Assembly (NCBI GenBank): GCA_963664225.1
Contig: OY760937.1
Location: 5,120,001-5,184,000, forward strand
Length of the DNA: 64,000 nucleotides
From: Verrucomicrobiia bacterium
GTDB taxonomy: Bacteria > Verrucomicrobiota > Verrucomicrobiia > Limisphaerales > UBA1319
Direction of reading: 5' to 3'
A program made the position numbers and the translations under genes. A model generated the notes under the pieces. That model saw only the letters and a program-made list of their open reading frames with translations, was not told the origin of the DNA and did no database searches. Positions within the stretch are counted from its first letter, which is position 1. The number at the start of each line of letters is the position of its first letter. Shown piece after piece: positions 32,925 through 45,198 of the stretch.

Positions 32925-34382
32925 ATGAACTCTGGCACTGAAAGCACTGAAACCATCGATCAATTCGTTCAAGGCGAGTATAAATTTGGCTTTGTTACGC
33001 AGATTGATTCGGACGCGGCACCCATCGGCCTGACCGAAGACACGGTTCGGTTTATTTCGGCCAGGAAGAACGAACCGCCGTTTCTGCTGGAGTGGCGTCT
33101 GAAAGCTTACCGGCACTGGCTGACGATGAAACCGCCGGTGTGGCCGAATGTTCAATTTCCGCCGATCGATTATCAGAAAATAATTTTCTATTCGGCGCCC
33201 AAGCAGGCGAAGCCGGGACCCAAGAGCCTGGACGAGGTGGATCCCAAGCTGATTGAAACCTACAAGAAACTCGGCATTCCCTTGCATGAGCAAATGCGTC
33301 TGGCCGGAGTGGCCGTGGATGCGGTGTTCGATAGCGTGAGCGTGGCCACCACGTTCAAGGAAAAGCTCAGCGAGCTTGGAGTCATCTTTTGTTCCTTCTC
33401 CGAGGCGGTGCGCGAGCATCCCGACCTGGTGCGCAAGCATTTGGGATCGGTGGTTCCGCACACGGATAATTATTATGCGGCCTTGAATTCGGCGGTATTC
33501 AGCGACGGCTCATTTTGTTACATCCCCAAGGGGGTGCGATGCCCGATGGAACTCTCCACCTATTTCCGCATTAACGCGGCGAATACAGGACAGTTCGAAC
33601 GCACTCTCATCGTCGCCGAGCCGGGAAGCTATGTGAGTTATCTGGAGGGTTGCACGGCGCCCATGCGGGATGAAAACCAACTGCACGCCGCCGTGGTGGA
33701 ATTGGTCGCGATGGACGATGCGGAGATCAAATACTCCACGGTGCAGAACTGGTATCCAGGCGATGAGCAGGGCAAGGGCGGCATCTACAATTTCGTGACC
33801 AAACGCGGCATGGCCCGGGGACGGAACTCGAAAATATCGTGGACTCAGGTCGAGACGGGCTCGGCGATTACATGGAAATATCCGAGTGTCGTTCTCCTGG
33901 GCGACAATTCGACAGGTGAGTTTTACTCGGTGGCCCTGACCAATCATTACCAGCAGGCCGACACGGGAACCAAGATGATCCACATTGGCAAGAATACGCG
34001 CAGCACCATAGTCTCCAAGGGTATTTCCGCCGGTCATGGCCAGAACAGTTACCGGGGACTCGTGAAGGTGATGAAAGGCGCCGATGGGGCGCGCAATTAT
34101 TCGCAATGCGATTCGCTGCTGCTGGGCGACAAGTGCGGCGCGCATACGTTCCCCTATATCGAGACCATGAATCCGACCGCGCAGGTGGAGCACGAGGCCT
34201 CCACATCGAAGATTGGCGAGGACCAGATCTTTTATTGCAATCAGCGCGGCCTGGATACCCAGGATGCGGTAAGCATGATTGTCAATGGATATTGCAAGGA
34301 AGTGTTCAAGCATCTGCCGATGGAGTTTGCGGTGGAGGCCCAGAAGCTTCTCGGGGTGAGTTTGGAAGGCAGCGTGGGTTGA
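32925..34382 (+). CDS. sufB: Fe-S cluster assembly protein SufB
   Basis: [45 protein letters not shown]. Confidence 0.97.
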   Translation: MNSGTESTETIDQFVQGEYKFGFVTQIDSDAAPIGLTEDTVRFISARKNEPPFLLEWRLKAYRHWLTMKPPVWPNVQFPPIDYQKIIFYSAPKQAKPGPKSLDEVDPKLIETYKKLGIPLHEQMRLAGVAVDAVFDSVSVATTFKEKLSELGVIFCSFSEAVREHPDLVRKHLGSVVPHTDNYYAALNSAVFSDGSFCYIPKGVRCPMELSTYFRINAANTGQFERTLIVAEPGSYVSYLEGCTAPMRDENQLHAAVVELVAMDDAEIKYSTVQNWYPGDEQGKGGIYNFVTKRGMARGRNSKISWTQVETGSAITWKYPSVVLLGDNSTGEFYSVALTNHYQQADTGTKMIHIGKNTRSTIVSKGISAGHGQNSYRGLVKVMKGADGARNYSQCDSLLLGDKCGAHTFPYIETMNPTAQVEHEASTSKIGEDQIFYCNQRGLDTQDAVSMIVNGYCKEVFKHLPMEFAVEAQKLLGVSLEGSVG

Positions 34383-34415
34383 CGCAGAAAGAAATTACAG
34401 AAGGAAAATTGAATT

Positions 34416-35174
34416 ATGTTGGAAATCAAGAATCTGACGGCGCGAATCGGCGATAAGGAAATTTTGCGAGGCATTAATCTCTCGGTGAAACCCGGAGAAG
34501 TGCATGCGATCATGGGGCCCAATGGCAGCGGTAAAAGCACGCTGGCACAGGTGTTGGTTGGGCGTCCCGAGTATCAGGTGACCGCCGGAGAAGTCGTCTA
34601 TCAGGGGAAGGATCTCTTGGGATTGAAGCCCGAGGAACGCGCGCGGGAAGGGGTATTTCTCGCTTTCCAGTATCCGGTGGAAATTCCTGGAGTGAACTGC
34701 ACCTATTTTTTGAAAACGGCATTGAATGCGGTCAGAAAACATCGCGGGTTGGAGCCTTTGGACGCCATCGATTTTCTGGCCCACATCAAGGACAAGATGA
34801 AGCTGCTCGAATTGGATCAGGCGCTGTTGAACCGCCCGGTCAACGAGGGTTTCTCCGGCGGCGAGAAGAAGCGCAACGAAGTGTTTCAGATGGCTGTTCT
34901 CGAGCCTTCGCTGGCGATCCTGGATGAAACAGATTCCGGCCTGGACATCGATGCCTTGCGGATTGTGGCCGAGGGCGTCAACCGCCTCAAGCGGCCGACT
35001 CAGGCTCAGATCGTCATCACGCACTATCAACGCCTGCTCAACTATATCGTGCCCGATTTTGTGCACGTGCTTTACAACGGGCGCATCGTCAAGAGCGGCG
35101 GCAAGGAACTGGCTCTGGCCCTTGAGGAAAAGGGTTATGACTGGATCATTGATGAAGTCGGTGTGAAGAATTGA
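34416..35174 (+). CDS. sufC: Fe-S cluster assembly ATPase SufC
   Basis: GPNGSGKST, FQYPVEIPG, FSGGEKKRNE, DETDSGLD. Confidence 0.97.
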   Translation: MLEIKNLTARIGDKEILRGINLSVKPGEVHAIMGPNGSGKSTLAQVLVGRPEYQVTAGEVVYQGKDLLGLKPEERAREGVFLAFQYPVEIPGVNCTYFLKTALNAVRKHRGLEPLDAIDFLAHIKDKMKLLELDQALLNRPVNEGFSGGEKKRNEVFQMAVLEPSLAILDETDSGLDIDALRIVAEGVNRLKRPTQAQIVITHYQRLLNYIVPDFVHVLYNGRIVKSGGKELALALEEKGYDWIIDEVGVKN

Positions 35175-35180
35175 TCCGGC

Positions 35181-36611
35181 GTGAAACCAACAGACGCTTT
35201 TATGAATTCGACAGGCACATTGGAAGCAACGGGAGTGAGGGAATCGGATTATTTCCTGACGGAGTTCGAGCGGTTGCTTGCTTTGGAACCCCGTGAGACT
35301 CCGCTTTGGCTGCGCGCGATTCGCAAGTCAGGAATCGCCCATTTCGCGGATTCCGGTTTTCCAACCATGCGGGATGAGGAATGGAAATACACCAATCTGG
35401 AGATCTTGCGTGACAGGCAGTTTTTGACCGCTGTAAGTGATTCGGCATTGGAACCTACCGCCGCCGTTCTCGCGCGTGTGCCCTGGTTTAACACCATTCC
35501 ACGGCGCGTTGTTTTTGTGAATGGACATTTTGCGTCCGGTTTATCCAACTGCCCGGAGACTGATGGCGGACTTAAGATCTCGAGTTTGCGCAGGGCCATT
35601 CAGGAGGATCCCCGCGCGATCGAACATCATCTGGCCCGGTACGCTCTGCCATCGGACCAGCCATTCGTCGCCTTGAACACGGCCTTTTTCCAGGACGGCG
35701 CGTTCATTCACGCGGGAAAAAGCGTGGACGACCGGGTCCCGGTGCATTTGATATTCATTGCGACTCGTCCAGATGCTGGAGTGGCATTTCAAACCCGGAA
35801 TTTGATTGTCGCGGAGGCGGACAGCCGGCTGGCGGTTGTGGAAACCTATATCAGTCTGGGCGCTGAGCAGTATTTTACAAACAGCGTAAGCGAGATTGTT
35901 TTGGGCGAAAATGCGACGGTGGAGCATTTGAAAATCCAGCAGGAGAGCGCCGCAGCTTGTCACATGGCAACCATTCAGGCGCATCAAGCCGCAAACAGTC
36001 ATTTTACATCCCATTCCATCGCGCTTGGCGCGCGGGTGGCGCGCAACGATATTCGCGCCGTTTTCGATGGATCCGGCGCGGAGTGCCTGATGAACGGACT
36101 CTACATTGCCTCGGATCATCAACTGACCGATCACCATACTGTGATCGATCATGCGAAACCCAATTGCTCCAGTCATGAGCATTATCAGGGCATCATGGCG
36201 GGTTCGGCCCGTGGCGTGTTCAATGGAAAAATCTTTGTCCGCAAGGACGCCCAAAAAACGGACGCCAAACAGACCAATCGCAATCTGCTCCTTTCAGAAA
36301 ACGCGGTGATCGATACCAAGCCCCAATTGGAAATCTTTGCCGACGACGTGAAATGCACGCATGGCGCGACTGTGGGGCAACTGTCCCAAGAGGCGCTGTT
36401 CTATTTGCGTTCGCGGGGCATTGGCATCGAGGAGGCGCGGCGCATGTTGATTCAAGCTTTTGCAAGCCAGGTATTGGGCCGCATTGGCATTCAAGGGGTG
36501 GTGCCGCTGTTGGAGAAGTGCATTTTGGAGATCATCGGCAGGATCGAATTGCCGGACAACGCGACTAGTCATAAGAACGCCGTTTCCGATGAAAGGAGTT
36601 CCCATGCCTGA
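35181..36611 (+). CDS. sufD: Fe-S cluster assembly protein SufD
   Basis: EEWKYT, GVFNGKI, KPQLEIFADDVKCTHGATVG, FYLRSRGI. Confidence 0.95.
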   Translation: MKPTDAFMNSTGTLEATGVRESDYFLTEFERLLALEPRETPLWLRAIRKSGIAHFADSGFPTMRDEEWKYTNLEILRDRQFLTAVSDSALEPTAAVLARVPWFNTIPRRVVFVNGHFASGLSNCPETDGGLKISSLRRAIQEDPRAIEHHLARYALPSDQPFVALNTAFFQDGAFIHAGKSVDDRVPVHLIFIATRPDAGVAFQTRNLIVAEADSRLAVVETYISLGAEQYFTNSVSEIVLGENATVEHLKIQQESAAACHMATIQAHQAANSHFTSHSIALGARVARNDIRAVFDGSGAECLMNGLYIASDHQLTDHHTVIDHAKPNCSSHEHYQGIMAGSARGVFNGKIFVRKDAQKTDAKQTNRNLLLSENAVIDTKPQLEIFADDVKCTHGATVGQLSQEALFYLRSRGIGIEEARRMLIQAFASQVLGRIGIQGVVPLLEKCILEIIGRIELPDNATSHKNAVSDERSSHA

Positions 36612-37056
36612 CGATCTGAACGAGCTTTATCAGGAGGTGATTCTTGACCACAGCAAGAACCCCAAGAATTTTGCGCCTTTGGATGATGCCAACCGCATGG
36701 CCCAGGGTCGAAATCCGGTTTGCGGTGATCAGGTGACCATCTTCATGAATGTGGAAGAGGGCGTGATCAAGGACATCACCTTTCAAGGCTCGGGTTGCGC
36801 CATTTCCAAGGCTGCGGCCTCGATGATGACCTCAAGCCTGAAGGGCAAGTCCATCGCCGAAGCCAAAACATTGTTCGATAAGGTGCAGGAGATTGTCACG
36901 ACAGGGGAAGGCAACCTGGACGAAGTGGGCAAGCTGGCCGCGTTTGCCGGTGTGCACAAATTTCCGGCCCGCGTGAAGTGCGCCATGCTGCCATGGCGGG
37001 CGGCCATCGCGGCAATGGAGCACCCCGAAATCAAGGAGAATGTTACAACCGAGTAA
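36604..37056 (+). CDS. sufU: SUF system sulfur-transfer protein SufU (NifU-like)
   Basis: LYQEVILDH, NPVCGD, GSGCAIS, RVKCA; AAGGAG RBS before ATG 36604. Confidence 0.92.
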   Translation: MPDDLNELYQEVILDHSKNPKNFAPLDDANRMAQGRNPVCGDQVTIFMNVEEGVIKDITFQGSGCAISKAAASMMTSSLKGKSIAEAKTLFDKVQEIVTTGEGNLDEVGKLAAFAGVHKFPARVKCAMLPWRAAIAAMEHPEIKENVTTE

Positions 37057-37059
37057 ATC

Positions 37060-37614
37060 ATGGATACGGATGCTCCCATCACATTAAAGCGCGACTGCGA
37101 AGCGGTGATGATCCCGTCTGGCACGCCTTTGCTTCTAAAGGCGGGTGATCAGGCCTCGATCACGCAATCGCTGGGCGGTAGTTATACGGTGTATTCGAAT
37201 GGCCTGCTGGCGCGCATCGAGGGCAAGGATGCCGATGCGCTGGGTTTGGAAACCGCCGTTTCAAGTGAAATTGAAAAAGACGCCAAGCCTCCCGCGGGTC
37301 CGGTTAACGAGGAATTGATCTGGAAGCAGATGCGGACCTGCTTCGATCCGGAGATTCCGGTCAATATCGTGGACTTGGGTTTGATCTATGATTGTTGCAT
37401 CAATCCATTGCCGGATGGCGGAAATCTGGTGTTGGTTAAAATGACGCTGACCGCGCCCGGCTGCGGCATGTCCGAATTTTTGAAAGCAGACCTCGAGGCC
37501 AAAATTCGGAATGTTCCAGGCGTGACGGACGTCCAGGTGGAAGTGGTCTGGGAACCCCCGTGGAACCAGGGGATGATTTCAGAGTCGGCGAGGCTTGAAT
37601 TGGGACTCATGTAG
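37060..37614 (+). CDS. sufT: Fe-S assembly protein SufT (DUF59)
   Basis: ITQSLGGSYTV, DPEIPVNIVDLGL, TLTAPGCG, VWEPPW. Confidence 0.9.
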   Translation: MDTDAPITLKRDCEAVMIPSGTPLLLKAGDQASITQSLGGSYTVYSNGLLARIEGKDADALGLETAVSSEIEKDAKPPAGPVNEELIWKQMRTCFDPEIPVNIVDLGLIYDCCINPLPDGGNLVLVKMTLTAPGCGMSEFLKADLEAKIRNVPGVTDVQVEVVWEPPWNQGMISESARLELGLM

Positions 37615-37655
37615 CGGAGACGCATTGGAATGCGGGGGAATATTACATTGAATCT

Positions 37656-38924
37656 ATGATAACGGAACAAACATTGGCGGCAAAAGGCACATTCGGCATC
37701 AACGAGGAACGTCTGCGGAGCGAGTTTCCAATTCTCGCCCAGAGCGTTCATGGACACCCGTTGGTCTATCTGGATAACGCCGCCACCAGTCAGAAACCGC
37801 GGGCGGTGCTCGACGCGATCCGGCATTACTATGAGAACGACAATAGCAATGTGCATCGCGGGATCCATGAATTGAGCAATCGTGCGACAGCCGGTTTTGA
37901 AGCCGCGCGCAAACGCTCCGCTCAATTTATCAACGCGCGCAGCGAACAGGAGATCGTTTTTACACGGGGCACCACCGAAGGCATTAATCTGGTGGCCCAG
38001 GCGTGGGGTCGGCGTCATCTCAAAGCGGGCGATCAGATTCTTCTGACCGAAATGGAGCACCACAGCAATCTGGTGCCGTGGCAACTGCTCGCGCACAGCA
38101 CAGGCGCGCAATTGCGCTTTGTTCCAGTCACAGGAGACGAGGGACTTCTCAACATGCAGCGCTTGGACGAAATGCTCACTTCGAAGGTGAAGCTGTTTGC
38201 GTTCACCCACATTTCAAACACCCTCGGGACGGTGAATCCAGCAGCCGAACTATGCGCACGCGCGCGTAAATTAGGCATTGTCACGCTGGTCGATGCGGCA
38301 CAAAGCGCGGGACATCGTGTTTTGGACGTGCAGGAAATCGGGTGCGATTTTCTGGCGTTTTCCGGTCACAAAATCTGCGGACCCACCGGGATTGGAATTC
38401 TTTACGGCCGGCAGGAGAGGCTTGCTGACATGGATCCCTATCAGGGCGGCGGCGAGATGATTCTCACGGTCGATTTTGAGCAAAGCACGTGGAAGGATGC
38501 GCCCCATAAATTCGAGGCGGGTACTCCCAATATTGCCGGCGCCGTCGGATTGCACGCGGCCATGGATTATCTGGATGGCATAGGTCGGACAAACATTTTC
38601 AACCACGATCAGGCCCTGGCGACTTATGCGTATGAACAGTTGGCCAGATTGGGCGGGGTGCGCTTGTTTGGTCCTCGCACGGGACGCGCGGGTCTGGTCA
38701 GTTTCCTGCTTGATGATGTTCACGCGCACGACCTGGTCACAGTGGCCGATCAGCGGGGCGTGGCCCTGCGGGGTGGCCACCACTGCAATCAGCCGCTGAT
38801 GAAGCGGCTGGGTGTGATTTCCACCGCGCGTGCCAGTTTTTATTTCTACAACACGTTTTCAGAGGTTGACCGGCTTGTGGAAGTGCTGAGCGAAATCAAA
38901 AAGTTTTTCGGCGCTTCCAAATAG
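37656..38924 (+). CDS. sufS: Cysteine desulfurase SufS
   Basis: YLDNAATSQKP, MEHHSN, FSGHK (PLP Lys), RGGHHCNQPL. Confidence 0.95.
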   Translation: MITEQTLAAKGTFGINEERLRSEFPILAQSVHGHPLVYLDNAATSQKPRAVLDAIRHYYENDNSNVHRGIHELSNRATAGFEAARKRSAQFINARSEQEIVFTRGTTEGINLVAQAWGRRHLKAGDQILLTEMEHHSNLVPWQLLAHSTGAQLRFVPVTGDEGLLNMQRLDEMLTSKVKLFAFTHISNTLGTVNPAAELCARARKLGIVTLVDAAQSAGHRVLDVQEIGCDFLAFSGHKICGPTGIGILYGRQERLADMDPYQGGGEMILTVDFEQSTWKDAPHKFEAGTPNIAGAVGLHAAMDYLDGIGRTNIFNHDQALATYAYEQLARLGGVRLFGPRTGRAGLVSFLLDDVHAHDLVTVADQRGVALRGGHHCNQPLMKRLGVISTARASFYFYNTFSEVDRLVEVLSEIKKFFGASK

Positions 38925-38947
38925 CAATTGCCCATCCGTCCAAGAAG

Positions 38948-38976
38948 AAAAGGCACCGGTTCCCGGTGCCTTTTTT
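38948..38976 (+). terminator. Rho-independent terminator after suf operon (possibly bidirectional)
   Basis: AAAAGGCACCGG-TTC-CCGGTGCCTTTTTT. Confidence 0.88.
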
Positions 38977-39680
38977 GCGTGGAGCCAGGAAATCAGCGCG
39001 ATTTAGAATTGTTAGTTTGCCATTCACTCTTCGCCAGGTTCAGCCAAGCCAGCAGAAATGGCTTCCCAGAAGATACACTGGGTGACTTGAAGAAGGATTT
39101 GGCGCGGAGTGCCAAGCGTGCTGAATCTAAAGAGTCGGCGGTGTTTCAGTTGATCATCCCGGTCCCGAGGCATTTCTTACAATCTCCAACCCCATTGCAC
39201 TTTGTGCATATCTGGCGCCGCAACGCATACAAGGGAAAACCCCAGGATAAATTGGCAAGCTACTTTGCTGTCCGCTTCCATTACATGGCTCGCAGACTGA
39301 TTTAAACGACGCCGTAAGCCATACTCCCCATGTATGAGGATCGTTGGAGTTGCAATGACCGAACGGGACTCGGGACAAAAAGGTTCATATACTATTATAA
39401 TAGCGGAATGTCCATTGTAATAAAACAAATCAACACCAGGCACATTGGCCGGGTCAAACGCGGGATTGGAAGCGGCAAAATTAGAAATCCTTTATCGAGC
39501 GGGAGGATGAATAAGATATGATTCTGAGGGTTAAAATAAGCCCAATTGGATTGAAATTTGAGGGTCGCAAATTGGTATCGACAGGGAAGATGGCCCGGTA
39601 TATTCAGAGCGCCGGAACCATGCATTTTCCGCCTAACAAAATTGGCCATTGGTCCGCTTGCACCGGTGTCGTCTTGATGA

Positions 39681-41117
<1,437 letters not shown>

Positions 41118-41142
41118 CCAATCCTGCTGTTGCTCGTTGTTG

Positions 41143-41176
41143 GGGTGGCGTTGCTTTCTCAGCGCCACTCTTTTTT
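41143..41176 (+). terminator. Rho-independent terminator after gdhA
   Basis: GGGTGGCGTTG/CAGCGCCACTC stem then T6. Confidence 0.82.
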
Positions 41177-41447
41177 AATGGTCTTCCGCTCATTTTGTCG
41201 GTTCTGCCCATCATTCTCGCCGACATCTCACTCCTGTAAGTATTGATTCCGTTGCTTTCTTGAGGGCGCAGCCATCGAAAGGGGGCTGGTGCTCCCAAAA
41301 TGTGTGCAAACCGAAAGTGTGGAGCTGCGTGCGGATGGGTATTGATCACAGGGGTTCTTGCGGTATGCTTGAAAACGGCACCGGTACGGTGTTCTTTTTG
41401 AGAGTGCTTTTGGAAAGCGCCAAGCAAAGTTTGGTGGCTGTAGTCAA

Positions 41448-43379
41448 ATGCAACGAGTTGATCATGATAACAGGTCGAGAGTCATGTAGCCGCGTCCAAA
41501 GCGTGGTGGGGCGACCCGCCGCGTTCAAGCTGGGCAAGGCAAAGGTGCGAGCCGTAGCGTCTGCGAACTCGATTCAGCCTCGTTACTCTAAAGCGGGAGT
41601 GGCCAGCCTGTCAGAGAAGGTGAAGCCAGCATTGGAGGGGAAGATTCGACCAGAAGCACCCTTCAAGCTCCCCGGGGTCAGAGGAGACAGCGCGTACCCA
41701 AACAACCATCAGGAACTTGGGAGACCCTGCCTGAACCTCGGTCCCGAGACCGGGGAACGCACGTCGGGAAGCCATAACCGGCGGGCGCTCAGGATCAGGG
41801 AGTCGGACGGGCTCATAGTAGCTGCGAAATCCCGGTCAAGCCGGGATGGAGCCAAGGAGCCCTGGCCAGAGTCAAGCCGAGTCAGAGGGAACTGGAGCTG
41901 ATTGAAGTGAAAACTTCCACGACAGAACAAGCGGTGGAGGAACTTTCCTTTCGGGAAGCGATCCTGCCGCCCAAACTTCAGGAACTGAGACAGAAGCTGG
42001 GCCGGAAAGCCAAACAAGAGAAGCGATTCCGCTTCTACAGCCTCTACGGACTGGTGTTCCTGCCGGAGGTGCTGCAAGCGGCATGGGCTGCGGTGCGGCG
42101 CAATGGCGGGGCACCGGGCGTGGACGGAGTGAGCATCGACCAGATCACCGCGACACCTGAAAGTGAAGCGGCGTTTCTGGGAACGATCAGGCAGAGCCTG
42201 CGGGACAAGACCTACCGCGCCCAACCGGTGCGGCGGGTCTATATACCGAAGGCAAACGGAAAACTGCGGCCACTGGGAATCCCGACGGTGAAGGACCGGG
42301 TGGTGCAAGCGGCGGTATTGCTGATTCTGGAGCCCATCTTCGAAGCGGACTTTGAGGATTGTTCCTACGGGTTTCGGCCCGGACGGTCGGCGCACGACGC
42401 ATTGCAAACCCTCCAAAAACACCTGAAGGAGGGGAAGAACGCAGTGTATGACGCGGACCTGTCCGGATACTTCGACAGCATCCCTCACGACAAGCTTCTG
42501 GCTTGCGTGCGGATGCGCGTGGTGGACGGCGCGGTTTTGGGACTCATCCGGCAATGGCTGGCGGCCCCCGTGGTGGAACCTCCCCAAGGAGAGGAACCGC
42601 CTCGGGTCAACCGCCGGGATCGGGGCACGCCGCAAGGCGGAGTCCTCTCTCCGTTACTGGCCAACATATACCTGCACTGGTTCGACCACCTGTTCCAAAG
42701 GGCGGATGGACCGGCGCACTGGGCGGATGCCCGGCTCGTTCGCTATGCGGACGACTTTGTGGTCATGGCCCGGTATATGGGTCCCAAGCTGCGAGCATGG
42801 ATTGAGGAAAAGCTGGAGGGCTGGCTCACACTGGAAATCAACCGGGACAAAACCCGGGTGGTCAACGTCAACGAGCAAAGCCTGGACTTTCTGGGCTACA
42901 CCTTCCGGTATGACCGGGATCAATTCGGCAGGGCGTTTCACTACCTCAACCTGTGTCCTTCGGGCAAGGCGATGGAACGGGAGAGGCAGGCGTTGCGACT
43001 GCTGATCAATGCCGGGCAAAGTCATACGCCGCTGCCGGAGTTGATCGGGCGGATCAACCGTCATTTGCGGGGTTGGAGCAACTACTTCAACCTCGGACAA
43101 CCCCGACGGGCCTTTCGCCAGATCAACCACTTCGTGAGAGTGCGGCTGGGCAAACACCTGCGACGACGAAGCCAGCGGGGCTGGCGCGTCCGTCAGGGAG
43201 TCACGCTCTATGCCCATCTCGAAACACTGGGTCTGAAGGCATTGTGAATGCAATCTGGAAAAGACGACTCTGGCGAAAGCCGGATGTGGGAAATCTGCAT
43301 GTCCGGTTTGACGAGGGAGAGGTGAGCGGCGGTCATTGGCCTTTGCGCCTTTCATCCCGTGCTCTCCTCTCTACTCTAC
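41448..43379 (+). mobile_element. Group II intron (IIB-like RNA) encoding RT/maturase, intergenic insertion
   Basis: Domain V AAGCCGGATGTGGGAAATCTGCATGTCCGGTTT (43277-43309, AGC triad), domain VI ending CTACTCTAC, domain III GGGCTCATAGTAG...GGAGCCC, GGAACTTGGGAGACCC DI/DII junction; 5' boundary inferred from CGAGTT/AACTTG pairing. Confidence 0.88.
41907..43247 (+). CDS. ltrA: Group II intron reverse transcriptase/maturase (no endonuclease domain)
   Basis: [61 protein letters not shown], domain X LRGWSNYF. Confidence 0.96.
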   Translation: MKTSTTEQAVEELSFREAILPPKLQELRQKLGRKAKQEKRFRFYSLYGLVFLPEVLQAAWAAVRRNGGAPGVDGVSIDQITATPESEAAFLGTIRQSLRDKTYRAQPVRRVYIPKANGKLRPLGIPTVKDRVVQAAVLLILEPIFEADFEDCSYGFRPGRSAHDALQTLQKHLKEGKNAVYDADLSGYFDSIPHDKLLACVRMRVVDGAVLGLIRQWLAAPVVEPPQGEEPPRVNRRDRGTPQGGVLSPLLANIYLHWFDHLFQRADGPAHWADARLVRYADDFVVMARYMGPKLRAWIEEKLEGWLTLEINRDKTRVVNVNEQSLDFLGYTFRYDRDQFGRAFHYLNLCPSGKAMERERQALRLLINAGQSHTPLPELIGRINRHLRGWSNYFNLGQPRRAFRQINHFVRVRLGKHLRRRSQRGWRVRQGVTLYAHLETLGLKAL

Positions 43380-43443
43380 TGGATTCTTTGCAAAAAATGC
43401 CAATGGCCTTCAGAATTTGGCCAGCTTCCTGTTGCCCGTATTA

Positions 43444-44856
43444 ATGACGATGTCTAAACACAAATCCAGTGAGGCTGGAATGGCTGAGGTGCTTGCCATC
43501 TCGTTGCCGATGGTCGTTTCACAGGCCTGTGACACGGTCATGGTGTTCACGGACCGTTTGTTTCTTGCGCGGTTGAAACCGGAGTTGATGAACGCGGTTT
43601 TGGGAGGCGGCTTGACGGCGTTCATGATGATGTCGTTTTTCTTTGGGTTGCTGGGATTCACCACCGCGCTGGTGGCCCAACATCTGGGAGCCAGTCGCAA
43701 GAGGGATTGCGCTGTGGTTTTGACGCAGGCGCTGATTTTCGCCTGTATCGCGTATCCGCTCATTCTTGCGTTGCGGCCGGCCGGACATGGCTTGTTCCAG
43801 ATCATGGGGGTGAAGGGGGAACAGCTTGGTCCGCAGATCGAGTATTTCGATATCCTCCTCTATGGATCGCTCATCAGTCTGGTTCGTTTGTGTCTGAGCG
43901 GCTATTTCTCCGGTATCGGGCGCACGCGGATTGTCATGATTGCGTCGTTTGCCACCATGCTCATCAATGTCGGACTGGGTTATGCGTTTATTTTCGGAAA
44001 AATCGGCATTCCAGCGATGGGAATCCGGGGCGCGGCCTTTGCAACGTTGATAAGCGGGGCCGTCGGACTGGTGATTCTGGCGCTTGCTTACTTTGGTGAA
44101 GGTAATCGCAAGGAATTCGGCGTGATGCGGGCATTTCATTTTGACCGGCCGCTGGCGGGTAAACTTCTTCGGTATGGTTCACCGACCGGTTTTGAGATGT
44201 GTCTGAACATCCTGGCGTTTAATGTCATGGTGATGATGTTTCACGCCATGGGGGCATCGACAGCCACGGCGGCCACAGTGGTTTTAAACTGGGACTTTGT
44301 TTCGTTTGTTCCGTTGATTGGCATCGAGATTGGCGTTACCAGTCTGGTAGGCCGATACATGGGCGCCGGAGAACCTGACAAGGCGCATCAATCGGTGATG
44401 TCCGGCTTGAAACTGGGGTTGTTCTATTCGGCCATTGTGTTTGTGTTTTTTGCCGGATTCCCTGGCATGCTGGTGGATGTGTTTCGGCCAGTGGGCCAAA
44501 GTCTGGTATTTGATGCCGCAACGCCCACGGCAATTTTCATGGTGCGAACGGCCTCGGTATATGTGCTGGTCGAGGCCATGCTGTGCGTATTTATCGGGGC
44601 TCTGCGTGGTGCGGGGGATACCTTTTGGGCGATGCGGATGTCAGTCATCCTCCACTGGACCACGGCGGTTGTGTTGGTGTTGCTTTTGAGGGTTCTTTAT
44701 CTGTCCCCGGAAGTGGGCTGGCTGGCGATGGTGTGCTTTTTCCTCGTCTTTTCGGTGGTTGTGTTCAAGCGATATCGCGAGGGAAAGTGGAGAGGTATCC
44801 GTCTGGTGGAAGGGACGGTTGCGGCGCATGCCGGGCCAGTCAACGAGAACATCTGA
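43444..44856 (+). CDS. MATE family efflux transporter
   Basis: About 12 TMs; SLPMVVSQ, MGIRGAAFAT, LVGRYMGAG, ALRGAGDT; start placed outside the intron. Confidence 0.9.
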   Translation: MTMSKHKSSEAGMAEVLAISLPMVVSQACDTVMVFTDRLFLARLKPELMNAVLGGGLTAFMMMSFFFGLLGFTTALVAQHLGASRKRDCAVVLTQALIFACIAYPLILALRPAGHGLFQIMGVKGEQLGPQIEYFDILLYGSLISLVRLCLSGYFSGIGRTRIVMIASFATMLINVGLGYAFIFGKIGIPAMGIRGAAFATLISGAVGLVILALAYFGEGNRKEFGVMRAFHFDRPLAGKLLRYGSPTGFEMCLNILAFNVMVMMFHAMGASTATAATVVLNWDFVSFVPLIGIEIGVTSLVGRYMGAGEPDKAHQSVMSGLKLGLFYSAIVFVFFAGFPGMLVDVFRPVGQSLVFDAATPTAIFMVRTASVYVLVEAMLCVFIGALRGAGDTFWAMRMSVILHWTTAVVLVLLLRVLYLSPEVGWLAMVCFFLVFSVVVFKRYREGKWRGIRLVEGTVAAHAGPVNENI

Positions 44857-45198
44857 TTTCAACGGCCACACTTGATGACCGGGGCAGGGGCATTCCGATC
44901 CCTGTCCCGATCAAAATCCATGATTTACAAAACAAAGCTCGTTTTATAATCAACAAAAGTCCCGTGGCATGTATCTTGTTTGTGACGGGTTGCCTGAATT
45001 GCAGAGTCCACCAGGCCTGCGCCTGGCTCCAGGAATAGTTGACAATATTTGGCATTTATACAGACTGTCTTGACAGACAATATCAGCTTTTCTTTGATGC
45101 TTTGGAACAGTGCGTTTCAATTTAGAGGTCGGTAAACCAACGATAATATGACAACGACAATTCTCGCAACAACGCTGGTCGAAGGGTTGCTCGTGTCA

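Noticed and set aside
39196..39208. NtrC site TGCAC-TTT-GTGCA upstream of gdhA
   Set aside because: Spacer is 3 nt rather than the 7 nt of NtrC boxes
39253..39268. Sigma-54 promoter for gdhA (TGGCAAGCTACTTTGC)
   Set aside because: GG-to-GC spacing is 11 nt instead of the required 10
41418..41447. Class IIC intron inserted after a terminator hairpin
   Set aside because: The upstream hairpin is weak with no U-tract, and domain V has an AGC rather than CGC triad
41260..41901. 213-aa ORF upstream of the RT
   Set aside because: Runs through intron RNA domains I-III and across the inferred insertion boundary; not protein-like
41907..43247. RT as a retron, DGR, CRISPR-associated or defence RT
   Set aside because: Domain X and flanking domain V/VI RNA identify an ordinary intron maturase; no template/variable repeats, cas genes or msr-msd seen
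43336..43443. N-terminal extension of the MATE ORF in the supplied track
   Set aside because: Begins inside intron domain VI; ATG at 43444 or 43450 is more plausible
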